Assembly: GCF_028641065.1 (NCBI RefSeq)
Contig: NC_073402.1
Span: 28,768,001 to 28,832,000 of the forward strand
Direction: 5' to 3'
Source of the DNA: Leucoraja erinacea
Taxonomy: Eukaryota
DNA: 64,000 bases
Below, piece after piece: positions 26,005 through 38,531 of the stretch. The notes beneath the pieces are model-generated. The model was given only the letters and a program-made list of their open reading frames with translations. It did no database searches and was not told the origin of the DNA. The translations under genes and the position numbers were made by a program. Every line of letters starts with the position of its first letter. Within the stretch, counting starts at the first letter, position 1.

Positions 26005-26447
26005 ACATCTTCCCATCAGAACTGCCCCCTCCATCGACTCCTATAAGTCGAGACTTAAAACTCATCTTTACTCTCAAGCCTTTCTTGACGTCCTCTGAGT
26101 GAGGGCTATATGTATGTATTTATGTATGTACTTAATCTACGAACCACTGTTGTATAACGTTAGGTAGACAAAAATGCTGGAGAAACTCAGCGGGTGCAGC
26201 AGCATCTATGGAGCGAAGGAAATAGGCAATAGGAAATAGGCAACAGTTCCGGGTTTCGGCCCGAAACGTTACCTATTTCCTTCCTGAAGGGTTTCGGCCC
26301 GAAACGTTGCCTATTTCCTTCGCTCCATAGTTTCGGGCCAAAGCCCTTCTTCAGACTGTTAGTACCTCCACCAATGTAAAGCACTTTGGCCAACGAGAGT
26401 TGTTTCTTAAATGTGCTATAGACACAAAAGTGACTTGACTTGACTTG
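26005..26447 (+). mobile_element. L2 LINE 3' end interrupted by a Penelope-type palindrome
   Basis: LPIRTAPSIDSYKSRLKTHLYSQAF remnant, then TGTAAAGCACTTTGG...AAATGTGCTATA and a (GACTT)n tail. Confidence 0.7.
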
Positions 26448-28097
26448 AAAAAGCCGGAGTAACTCCGCGGGGACAGGCAGCCCACCTCTGGAGAGAAGGA
26501 AGGGGTGACGTTTCAGGTTGAGACCCTTCGAGCAGATGCGAAAAAATCGAAGGTAGACAAGAAATCTGGAGAAACTCAACGGGTTAAGCAGCGTCTATGG
26601 AGCGAAGGAAATAGGCGGATGGTCTTGGCCCGAAACGTTGCCTCTTTCCTTCGCTCCATAGATGCTGCTGCACCCGCTGAGTTTCTCCAGCATTTTTGTC
26701 TACAGCCTATTTTGTAATGTTTTCCAATCTATCACAGCCAACACATTACACTTAAGCCAACAATGACCAGCATGACCATTCTACATTTCCTTGTGCATTG
26801 CCCGTTTTGATCTATCGTTTTCACATCTTATCCTTCCATATCTCTACTTTCCTCTCTCCCTGACTCTCAGTCTCAGGAAGGGTCTCAACCCAACCCAACA
26901 CAGAGTCCTTCCGCTCAGCCAACAATGAACGATTTCCTTTGTACATTGTCTGTTTTGATCTGTCCTTTTCACACCTTAACCTTCCATATCTCTAGTCTCC
27001 TTCTCCCAAACCCCCAAGGGGCTTCGGCTTAGAAACGTTGCCTATTTCCTTCGCTCCATAGATGCTGCTGCACCCGCTGAGTTTCTCCAGCACTTTTGTC
27101 TGTATACCTTCGATGTTCCAGCATCTGCAGTTCCTTCTTAAATAGTTTGGTTTAGTTTAAGAAGATAGACACAAAATGCTGGAGTAACGAACTCAGCGGG
27201 TCAAGAAGCATCTCTGGAGATCACGGAGATGTGAAGTTTCGGGTCTAGCCCCTTCTTCAGGTAATAACGAGCCTACAGTCAGTTGGATACCCATTAAGGA
27301 ATCAGACACGTCTCCATAGATGCTGCTGCACCCGCTGAGTTTCTCCAACATTTTTGTCTACCTTCGATTTTCCAGCATCTGCAGTTCCTTCTTAAACATG
27401 GTTCAATTGGCTCTGACCTTCCTTCCATCGAGGGGATTTATCGCAGTCGCTGCCTCAAAAAGGCTGGCAGTATCATCAAAGACACACACCATCCTGGCCA
27501 CACACTCATCTCCCTGCTACCTTCAGGTAGAAGGAACAGGAGCCTGAAGACTGCAACAACCAGGTTCAGGAATAGCTACTTCCCCACAGCCACCAGGCTA
27601 TTAAACCTGGCTCGGTCAAAACTCTGATTATTAATAACCCATTTTCTGTTATTTGCACTTGATCAGTTTATTAATTCATGTGTGTGTATATATTTATATT
27701 ATGGTATATGGACACACTGATCTGTTTTGGAGTAAATGCCTACTATGTTCTGTGTGCTGAAGCAAAGCAAGAATTTCATTGTCCTATACAGGGACACATA
27801 GAAACATAGAAATTAGGTGCAGGAGTAGGCCATTCGGCCCTTCGAACCTGCACCGCCATTCAATATGATCATGGCTGATCATCCAACTCAGTATCCCGTA
27901 CCTGCCTTCTCTCCGTACCCCCTGATCCCCTTAGCCACAAGGGCCACATCTAACTCCCTCTTAAATATAGCCAACGAACTGGCCTCAACTACCCTCTGTG
28001 GCAGAGAGTTCCAGAGATTCACCACTCTCTGTGTGAACATGACAATAAACTCACTTGAACTTGAACCTTCTTGTTTTTTTCTTGTTTTTTTTCTTAG

Positions 28098-28448
28098 ATG
28101 CTCTGTAAGAAGTTTACACATTTCAGCTGGAGGTTGTTGGCTTGTGGCAGCAACGCCAATAAGGCTCTATCCGAGAGGGATGTCCACTGCTTGTGCAGAG
28201 AGATATTTGCCCAGGAGAAGCTGGCGAAGAGGCTGCGGGTGGTGGAAAGCAAGCTGATGGCGGTGGAAGATATCGTGGTGTATGTTCTGGATCAGCTGAG
28301 CGTGCAGCGAGCCGTGCAGCAGCCCCCGCAACACTGCAAGTACACTTGCTGCCAATGTCGAGACGGCTCCAGGTCGGGCTCCCCCTTCACAGAGTACGAG
28401 CGAGGGAGCCCCGTGTTACGCACCACCGTGCGGAGATGGGAATATTAA
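28098..28448 (+). CDS. TMCO2: TMCO2-like gene copy A, coding exon 2 (coiled coil + Cys motif; spliced protein 216 aa)
   Basis: Polypyrimidine tract and ttag| acceptor in phase 0. IFAQEKLAKRLRVVESKLMAVEDIV resembles recalled human TMCO2 [24 protein letters not shown]. Also YTCCQC motif, TAA stop and AATAAA at 28494-28499. Confidence 0.8.
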   Translation: MLCKKFTHFSWRLLACGSNANKALSERDVHCLCREIFAQEKLAKRLRVVESKLMAVEDIVVYVLDQLSVQRAVQQPPQHCKYTCCQCRDGSRSGSPFTEYERGSPVLRTTVRRWEY

Positions 28449-28914
28449 CCCCCCCCCCCCCCTCCCCACCCACCCAAACGTTGTTCCAGAATGAATAAAA
28501 TGTGAACGGAAAATGCGCTGCCCCCCTCCGTCTGTGTGATCTCTGCTGCCTGGAGGCTGATGGAGTTTTTGTTTAGTTCATAAGACATAGAAACATAGAA
28601 ATTAGGTGCAGGAGTAGGCCATTCGGCCCTTCGAGCCTGCACCGCCATTCAATATGATCATGGCTGATCATCCAACTCAGTATCCCGTACCTGCCTTCTC
28701 TCCATACCCCCTGATCCCCTTAGCCACAAGGGCCACATCTAACTCCCTCTTAAATATAGCCAATGAACTGGCCTCAACTACCCTCTGTGGCAGAGAGTTC
28801 CAGAGATTCACCACTCTCTGTGTGAAAATGTACATGTATCGGGAAATGACATGTATCGGCCAGGATTCTGCTAGCACGCTGTAACTGCGTTCGAGAGAGG
28901 CAATGATATGGCCA

Positions 28915-29188
28915 CCCCTGTCCCACTGTACGAGTTCATTCCAAGAGCTCTCCCCGAGTTTGCCCTGATTCGAACTCGGAGATTTACGGTAATGGCCACT
29001 CGTCGGTACTCGGGGCTCTCGTGGACATTTTTTCATCATGTTGAAAAATCTTCACGAGTCTTCCCGTGCTGATCTGCCGTTAGCTCTGTGACGTCCCCGA
29101 GCTCCGACGTACCCGCTACGCTCATTCTCCGTGCTTACCACGAGTTTGATTTTTTTTTAAACTCGGGAGAGCTCTTGGAATGATCTCA
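28915..29188. mobile_element. Harbinger-type MITE, right end truncated
   Basis: CCCCTGTCCCACTGTACGAGTTCATTCCAAGAGCTCTCCC...GGGAGAGCTCTTGGAATGA inverted repeat. Confidence 0.7.
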
Positions 29189-29680
29189 TGGAGCAGAAAT
29201 AGGCCATTCGGCCCATCAAGTCTACTCCGCCATTCAATCATGGCTGATCTATCTCTCCCTCCTCACCCCATTCTCATGCCTTCTCCCCATAACCCCTGAC
29301 ACCCGTACTAATCAAGAATCTATCTATCTCTGCCTCCATTGACTTGGCTCTCCACAGCCTTCTGTGGCAAATAATTCCATAGATTCACCACCATCTGATT
29401 AAATAAATTCCTCCTCATCTCCTTCCCAAAGGAACGTGACATCCTTTAATTCTGAGGCTGTGCCCACTGTTCATAGACTCTCCCACCAGTGGAAACATCC
29501 TCTCCACATCCACTCTATCCAGGCCTTTCACTATTCGGTAAGTTTCAATGAGGTGCCCACTCATCCTTCTTAACTCCAGCGAGTACGAGTAATATGTTGA
29601 CCCAGTAAACATAGATAGTTTAGTAATAATCGTATAAGATAGCCAGTAAAGATACATCAGCCATGATTGAATGGCGGAAT

Positions 29681-30218
29681 AGGGTGATTTCACCAAATGT
29701 CAAATGAGCGTAGATCCCCCCTCACGTGACCGAAAAATTTAACTGGAGGACATATGTCAGATCGGTACATGTAAGTGAATGGGGAAAGACGCACTTTCAC
29801 ACCCGTTAAAAACATGGAAAACGGCCGATTTTTGAGCTGAAATTTTCTGTGCCAGTCGGGGTGACCGTGAAGCACAGCGACCTAAATTTTCAGGCAAAAA
29901 AAAAGATAGAAAGTGAGGTAATTACAAGAGGGAACTGAAGGTAGAAAGCGGCGGAAGTGAACAGCTGACAATTGCCGTGGAGATTTTAAGATCCAAAATA
30001 TCGGGAATTATCGCGTTTGCTCGCTGAATTTCATCAAAACTAAGGCATTATTAACTTAGTTTTGATGAAATTCAGCGTTTTCCATGTTTTTAACGGGTGT
30101 GAAAGTGGGTGTTTCCCCATTCACTAATATGTACCGAACTGACATATGTCCTCCAGTTAAAAATTTCGGTCACGTGAGGGGGGATCTACGCTCATTTGAC
30201 CTTTGGTGAAATCACCCT
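29681..30218. mobile_element. Long-TIR non-autonomous DNA transposon with AT target duplication (ISL2EU/PIF-like)
   Basis: About 140-bp TIRs AGGGTGATTTCACCAAA...TTTGGTGAAATCACCCT. It splits a CR1 tail as GGAAT|element|ATAGAC, implying an AT TSD. Confidence 0.75.
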
Positions 30219-33200
30219 ATAGACTTGATGGGCCGAATGGCCTAATTCTGCTCCTATCTGGATGGACAAGGGGCAGAGATGAAAGGGTAGACAAAAATGC
30301 TGGAGAAACTCAGCGGGTGCAGCAGCATCTATGGAGCGAAGGAAATAGGCAACGTTTCGGGACGAAACGTTGCCTATTTCCTTCGCTGCATAGATGCTGC
30401 TGCACCCGCTGAGTTTCTCCAGCATTTTTGTCTACCTTCGATTTTCCAGCATCAGCAGTTCCTTCTGAAAGAGGACAACAAGAGGTTTAGGTTCATTTTT
30501 GTCGCGTTTACCGGAGGGTCACAAAAGAGAACAAAGGGGGTGTCAGGGAAGGAGAAGAGTGAAACGTGACACCAGAGGGAGGGATCTCGGTGGAAAAACG
30601 GTCCCAAGGTAACGCGAATGTGATCATCAGGCAGGCCCAGCAGTGCTCTCCTGAGAGCGGACAGCGAATGTAACCTGATGAGATGTGCGGCAGTGTGGCC
30701 ACACACACACACAGCGCGGCGGCTTTTAGCAACATTCACATCAAAGAAATGCTAACCATGCCTTTGAAAATTACTTCCTTGCTTGGAGTTGGGGCGAGCT
30801 GCAATTAAATGAACACACACACACACACTGACACATGCACTGATACACACTGACACACACACACACACTGACCCACATACACACACACGGNNNNNNNNNN
30901 NNNNNNNNNNNNNNNNNNNNNNNNNNNNNNNNNNNNNNNNNNNNNNNNNNNNNNNNNNNNNNNNNNNNNNNNNNNNNNNNNNNNNNNNNNNNNNNNNNNN
31001 NNNNNNNNNNNNNNNNNNNNNNNNNNNNNNNNNNNNNNNNNNNNNNNNNNNNNNNNNNNNNNNNNNNNNNNNNNNNNNNNNNNNNNNNNNNNNNNNNNNN
31101 NNNNNNNNNNNNNNNNNNNNNNNNNNNNNNNNNNNNNNNNNNNNNNNNNNNNNNNNNNNNNNNCATACNNNNNNNNNNNNNNNNNNNNNNNNNNNNNNNN
31201 NNNNNNNNNNNNNNNNNNNNNNNNNNNNNNNNNNNNNNNNNNNNNNNNNNNNNNNNNNNNNNNNNNNNNNNNNNNNNNNNNNNNNNNNNNNNNNNNNNNN
31301 NNNNNNNNNNNNNNNNNNNNNNNNNNNNNNNNNNNNNGCCGATGGACTTCAGCTGCTGGGGGAAAGGTTGGAGGAGGTGGGGGGAGAGGAGGAAGGGGGG
31401 GTGGGGGGGGGGGGGGGGGGGGGAGGGGGGGGGGGGTGAGGGGCCGTCGGAAGGAGGGCAGGCCAGAGGGTCAGCGTACATCCGTGCTGACTGCTCACAA
31501 ACCACCCCCTCCCTCCTCCCCTCCCCTCCTCCACCTTCTCCCAAGAGTCTGGGGCTTGTTCTTTAAATACCGGACCCTCAGTTGCCTTGGTGACAGCAAT
31601 GACACTGCAATGAAATTCAAGTCAAGCGGGGCTGATGATATCAGCGGGCAGAGCCGGGGCAGATGAACAGGAGACCGCAGCCAAGCGGAACGCGCAGAGA
31701 GAGAGAGAAAGAGTGGGGGTGGGGGGAGAAGGGAAGAGGGAGTGGGGGGAGAGAGGGACAGAACGTGAGGGAGAGCGAGGGAGAGGGGAGAGGGGAGGGA
31801 GCGAGATAGCGCGGAGGGAGGGAGAGAGAGAGCGAGATCTAGCCTTTGATCAGCTAGAAGGAATCTCCCATTGATTCCACATTCCTCCCCGTCGCCGGCA
31901 CCGCTTCCCCCTCCCCTCGTCTCGCCGACCTCCCTTTGTACACCGCCTTCAAAGGCAGCACCAAATGCCTGAGCCTTCAGCTGGCTAAAGTCCAGAGGCT
32001 CCGTGCAAATCGCTGCCTGCCACAAAGAGCTGAATGCAAAACCCTCCCTCGGCTGTTGACACTTAAGAGATGAGAGAGAGAGAGAGAGAGCTATCTTTAT
32101 TTTTTTACTCTAGAGAGATACAGCGCGGAAACAGGCCCTTCGGCCCACCGAGTCCGTGCTGGCCAGCGATCCCCGAACACTAACACTATTAACACGATCC
32201 TACACACACACACTAGGGACAATTTACTTTTTTTTTTAACGAAACCAATTAATAACCTAATTGGACGTCTTTGCAGTAAACCGGAGCACCCGGAGAAAAC
32301 CTACAAACTCCGTACAGACAAGCACCCGTGGTCAGGATCGAACCCGGGTCTGCCGCTGCAAACGCTATGAGGCAGCAACTCTACCGCTGCGCCACCGTGG
32401 TCTATAATATACCATATAACTAGTGTGAACGGGTGATAAATGGCCAGCATTGACTCAATGGGCCGAAGGGCCTGTTTCTGAGCAGTATCTTCAAACAATC
32501 ATTCTCCACAATCTTGTACAAGTGAATGTTTAGCCTGAGATAGACACAAAAATCTGGAGTAACTCAGCGGGACAGGCAGCATCTCTGGAGAGAAACATAG
32601 AAAATAGGTGCAGGAGGAGGCCATTCGGCCCTTCGAGCCTGCACCGCCATTTAATATGATCATGGCTGATCATCCAACTCAGTATCCTGTACCTGCCTTC
32701 TCTCCATCCAAGTTAGATGTGGCCCCTTGTGGCTAAAGGGATCAGGGGGTATGGAGAGAAGGCAGGGATGGGATACTGAGTTGGATGATCAGCCATGATC
32801 ATATCGAATGGCGGTGCAGGCTCGAAGGGCCGAATGGCCTCTACTCCTGCACATATTTTCTATGTTTCTATGTGTCCCAGATAGGACAATGAAATTCTTG
32901 CTTTGCTTCAGCACAACAGAATATAGTAGACATTACTACAAAAACAGATCAGTGTGTCCATATACCATTATATAAATATATACACACATGAATAAATAAG
33001 CTGGGTTACACAGAAAAGCTGGAGAAACTCAGCGGGTGCAGCAGCATCTATGGAGCGAAGGAAATAGGCAACGTTTCGGGCCGACACTCTACTGAATAAA
33101 TAAGCTGATAGCGGAAAAGTCAGCGGAAAGACAATACATGATTACAATCGAGACATTCACAGCGTAATGATAGATACACGATAAAGGGAATAATGTTTAG

Positions 33201-33533
33201 CGCAAGGTAAGCCAGCAAAGTCCGATCAAGCATCCGAGGGTCACCAATGAGGTAGATAGTAGTTCAGGACTGCTCTCTAGTTGTGGTGGGATGGTTCAGC
33301 TGCCTGTTAATAGCTGGGAAGAAACTGTCCCTGAATCTGGAGGTGTGCGTTTTCACACTTCTGTATCTCTTGCCTGTTGGGGGGAGGGGGGGGGGAGGGG
33401 GGTGCGACTGGTCCTTGATGATGCTGCTGGCCTTGCCGAGGCAGCGTGAGGTGTAGATGGAGTCAATGGAAGGGAGAGAATCTCACCACATCACCGTCTA
33501 TATCTCTCGTTTCCCTTTTCCCCCAGACTCTGT

Positions 33534-33561
33534 CTGAAGAAGGGTCTCGACCCGAAACGTC
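33534..33561 (+). ncRNA. Minimal hammerhead-ribozyme-like core in a Penelope-type terminal repeat (representative of many copies)
   Basis: CUGAAGA-A-GGGU(CUCG)ACCC-GAAAC-GUC, with palindromic ACGU in place of helix III. Other copies occur at 10566(+), 11148(+), 53705(+), 9242-9269(-), 22137-22163(-) and 22716-22740(-). Confidence 0.55.
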
Positions 33562-35174
33562 ACCCATTCCTTGTGTACGAATGAACTGCAGATTTAAACC
33601 GAATATAGGCACAAAAAGCTGGAGTAACTCAGCGGAACAGGCAACGTCTCTGCCCCAGAGGGCGGTGGAGGCAGGTTCTCTGGATGCTTTCAAAAGAGGG
33701 CTAGATAGGGCTCCTAAATATAGCGGAGTCAGAGGATATGGGGAGAAGCAGGAACGGGGTACTGATTGGGGATGATCAGCCGTGATCACATTGAATGGCG
33801 GTGCTGGCTCGAAGGGCCGAATGGCCTACTCCTGCACCATGTCTATCTCTGGAGCCATGCCCTCCCTCCAGAGATGCTGCCTGTCCCGCTGAGCTACTCC
33901 AGCACGTTGTGTCTATCACTGGAAGGGATGTAAGGGGTTTGTGTGGTGGTCTGGGCTGCCCACATTTCGCTGCTCTGAACTGTAGACTTTACTTAAACCG
34001 AAGGTAGACAAAAATGCTGGAGAAACTCAGCGGGTGCAGCAGCATCTATGGAGCGAAGGGAATAGGTGACGTTTCGGGCCGAAACCCTTCCTCAGACTGA
34101 TGGAACGATTCCAGCGTCTGCAGTTCCTTCTTGATTACTTAAACCGAGGTTGGACACAAAAAACTAGAGTGCGGATAGATACGTGATAAGGGAATAATGT
34201 TTAGTGCCAATTCAATGTGATACTAAATGCTAAATGCTAGGGAGATGCTAAATGCATTTCGTTGTCTCTGTACTGTACACTGACAATGACAATTAAAATT
34301 GAATCTGAATCTGGTACTTGTGCATGGTGAAAAAATGTAGATAGCCTTCGCTCCTTCGCTGTCGGATTCGCTGTCGGATGGAATAGACTAATCAACGGGG
34401 CAGCAGCACAGAGAAAGGCTCAACGTGAGCAAACCCTAGGAAGGAAATAGCAGTTTCGGAATAATACGTGGGTCCAGCTGTGGAAGGTAGACAAAAAGTG
34501 CTCTGGAGCCAAAGGGTAGTTGAGGCCAGTCAGGCGGGATGCCCTTGCAGCATCTATGGAGAGAAGGCAGGTAGGAACTAGGCAACGAATGGCGGTTCGG
34601 GCCGAAACCCTTCCTACTCCTGAAGGAAATTTCTAGGTTTCTAACGTTTCGGAAATAGTTTTCGAAAACCCTTCAGGAAGGAGGAAATTTCGGGTAACGT
34701 TAGGTCGTTTCGGGCCGAAACCCAAGGGGTTTCGGCCCGAAACGTTGCCTATTTCCTTCGCTCCATAGATGCTGCTGCACCCGCTGAGTTTCTCCAGCAT
34801 TTTTGTCTACCTTCGATTTTCCAGCATCTGCAGTTCCTTCTTAAACAAAGTACATGTGGATCCTGCCACTCACTAATCCTTGCAATTCCACAAGGGGGGT
34901 GGGGGGGGGGGGGGGGGGGGGGGGGGTGAGATGAGATGACAGCGAGTCCTCCCTCAGAATGGCAATGAACAGGTCTGCTCTCCATTCGTACCCAGGGCCG
35001 GATGAGTGATGTATTCAGTCGAGCTTGCAAACAAAAGATTGCAACATTTCAGTCCCGGGACCCGAGCAAGCTGCGCGCCTTTGTTCCCTGCCAGCCACCA
35101 ATTATGTACATAGTCGTTACCTTGCAAACACATAAATACTTGGTGATGGCCAAAACTACTTCAAAAATGAAAAG

Positions 35175-35209
<35 letters not shown>

Positions 35210-36344
35210 GGAATAAACCCACACTCAGCCGCGGCTGAATCCCCCAATATATTTTTGCAACTTCTCAAGTCTTGTATCTCTAAAATGGGTAAACAGACAG
35301 AGGAGGGAGGCAGGCTTGTCCCGGGCCTGACCTGGGTGACATTAGGAGCGGGGACGACAGCTGTGACTGAGAAGGCAACCCCTTATCCCTCACGCTGACA
35401 GGCAGCTTTGGACGGGTTCCACGCCTCCCCGCCCCCCCCCTCCCCGTGTCATTCTGAAGAAAGAGCCTTCACATCATTCACCAGTCTCCGCGCCGGCGAT
35501 GTGAACCAACGCGGAGTGAATGGACGTTGGCCCGGGCCAGAGGCGGGTAAAAGGGGGCCACTATTCCCCAGCACCAGCGGCCTCCTGTACCCTTGCTCAC
35601 AGTCCCTTCCAAACCTCACCGCAGATACATCGTAAACATCGTCTCATGGTGCAGTTTGCTGAGGGATTGCCGCAACTGGCCCCGTTTATGAATCAGTTAC
35701 AAGTGGGAGTTGGGGAGGGGCAGGCTGGGGGGGGGGGGGTGGGGGGGGGGGGGGGGGAAGGGAGGAGGGGGGGGGGGGGGGGGGGGGGGAGGAGAGGGAG
35801 GGGGGGGGGGGAAAAATTAGGCACCGACCCTACTCCCTCCTTCACTCACTTCTCTTTGTCAGCAAGTGAGTCTAGCCACCAGTGTGTGTCTGTGTGTGTG
35901 TACATGCACTGTGTCCATGTGCGCCTTTATAGGTGCATTAGTGCCCAAGGGGTGAGGACAGGTGCGCATACATGTGTAGATGTGTGCGGTTTGCACATGC
36001 ACAAGTGTGCAGAAGTGTTCTCGTGTGTGTTTTTGTGTGCATGTGCGTGTGTTCGTGTGCGTGTGGCACAGGTCAGGACTTTATATGTGTGTGTGTGCAT
36101 GTGTGTGATATGTTCTCGATGTGTACATTGCATTGGGTGCATAGTTTGACGCAGAAACAAAGAACTGCAGATGCTGGTTGATACTAAAGATAGACACAAA
36201 GTGCTGGAATAACCCAGTGGGTTAGGCAGCATCTCTGGAGGCAAAAGATGCAGAGACGCTGCCTGACCCGCTGAGTTACTCCATCACTTTGTGTCTACGT
36301 TTTATGTAGATTTACGCACAAGCATGTGTCAATGTATAACATAT

Positions 36345-36970
36345 ATGGAATGTTAGCCTTCATAACAAGAGGATTTCAGTATAGGAGTAAAGAAGTTCTT
36401 CTGCAGTTGTATAAGGCTCTGGTGAGACCACATCTGGAGGATTGTGTACAGTTTTGGTCTACTAATTTGAGGGGGGACATCCTTGTGATTGAGGCAGTGC
36501 AGCGTAGGGTCACGAGATTGATCCCTGGGATGGGGGGACTGTCATATGAGGAAAGATTGAAAAGACTAGGCTTGTATTCACTGGATTTTAGAAGGATGAG
36601 GGGGAATCTTATAGAAACATATCAAATTATAAAAGGACTGGGCAGGAAAAATGTTCCCAATGTTGGGCGAGTCCAGAACCAGGAGCCACAGTCTTAGAAT
36701 AAAGAAGAGGTCTTTTAAGACTGAGGTGAGAAATAACTTTTTCACCCAGTGAGTTATGAATTTGTGGAATTGCCTGCCACAGAGGGCAGTGGAGGCCAAA
36801 TCACTGGATGGATTTAAGAGAGAGTTAGATAGAGCTCTAGGGACTAGTGGAGTCAAGGGATATGGGGAGAAGGCAGGCACGGGTTATTGATTGGGGATGA
36901 TCACATTGAATGGCGGTGCTGGCTCGAAGGGCCGAATGGCCTCCTCCTGCACATATTTTCTATGTTTCTA
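36345..36970 (+). mobile_element. CR1 LINE 3' fragment
   Basis: GMLAFITRG...LYKALVRPHLEDCVQFWS followed by the CR1 tail. Confidence 0.9.
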
Positions 36971-38531
36971 AATGTATAACACTAAATGTATCAGACTGCA
37001 ACAACCAGGTTCAGGAATAGCTACTTCCCCACACCCGCCATGCTATTAAACCTGCCTCGGTCAAAACTCTGATTATTAATAACCCATTTTCTGTTATTTG
37101 CACTTGATCAGTTTATTTATTCATGTGTGTGTATATATTTATATCATGGTATATGGACACACTGATCTGTTCTGTAGTAAATGCCTACTATGTTCTGTTG
37201 TGCTGAAGCAAAGCAAGAATTTCATTGTCCCATACAGGGACACATGACAATAAACACACTTGGACTTGAACATGTATGTTTACGTGTGAGTGAGCATGCA
37301 TGTAGCGTGTTTATCTGTACAGTGTTTCCTGAGGTATCAGGTTGAATTGCCCCAAGGACAGCAGCAGAAACAGTAATGGCTTTGATTTCCTGCGCAGCCA
37401 ACACACCCCGTTCTGTTCACAGCAGCAGAAAACATATGTCCCTTCAGCGAGCCAAGCAATGTTAGAACAGGTGCCAAGAATGTGGTCAAAGAGTTTTGAT
37501 CTCGCTGGGAGAACATCAAAGTTGGTATCAGGCCATTATATGCCCAGTGTGTTCAGGCAGTGAGGCTTTGGCTCAGTGAATGCCTCTCTGTGTCATAAGG
37601 TCATAAGTGATAGGAGCAGAATTAGGCCACTCGGCCCATTGAGTCTACTCCGCCATTCAATCACGGCTGATCTATCTATCTCTCCCTCCCAACCTCATTC
37701 TCCTGCCTTCTCCCCATAACCCCTGACAGAAGTACTAATCAAGGATCTGTTTTAAGAAGGAACTGCAGATGCTGGAAAATCGAAGGTACACAAAAATGCT
37801 GGAGGAACTCAGCGGGTGCAGCAGCATCTATGGAGCGAAGGAAATAGGCAACTTTTCGGGCCGAAACCCTTCCGGGTTTCGGCCCGAAACGTTACCTATT
37901 TCCTTCCTGAAGGGTTTCGGCCCGAAACGTTGCCTATTTCCTTCGCTCCATAGATGCTGCTGCACCCGCTGAGTTTCTCCAGCATTTGTGTCTACCCTCA
38001 TCAAGAATCTGTCTATCTCTGCCTTAAAAATATCAATTGACTTGGCCTCCACAGCCTCTTTGGGCCTTTGTGTTTTCATTTTTTGGATTTGACATGCAGC
38101 GAGCAAACAGGCCCTTCGACCCATCAAGTCCTGCAATCACCTCACACACTAGCACTGTCCCGCACAGGAGGGACTATTTACCAATTTTACCGAAGCCAAT
38201 TAACCTACAACCTGCACGTCTTTGGAGTGTGGGAGGAAACCGGAGCACCCGGAGAAAACCCACATGGTCACAGGGAGAACGTGCAAACTCCGTACAGCCA
38301 GCACCCGTGGTCAGGATGGTGCTTGCAGGAACGGGGTCTAGGTACGTGGTGCTTGTAAGGCAGTAACTCTACCGCTGTGCCACTGTGCACGAGCCTTTAT
38401 GTCACAAAGGTCCACTGAAGATAGACAATAGACAATAGGTGCAGGAGTCGGCCATTTGGGCTCAGCGGTAGAGTTGCTGCCTTTCAGCGCCAGTCCCGGG
38501 TTCAATCCTGACCACGAGTGCTGTCTGTATG

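Noticed and set aside
34480-34740. Apparent fine-scale mosaic of CR1 and Penelope-type repeat sequence
   Set aside because: Interleaving every 10-20 bp looks like a consensus or polishing artefact rather than a real chimeric element.
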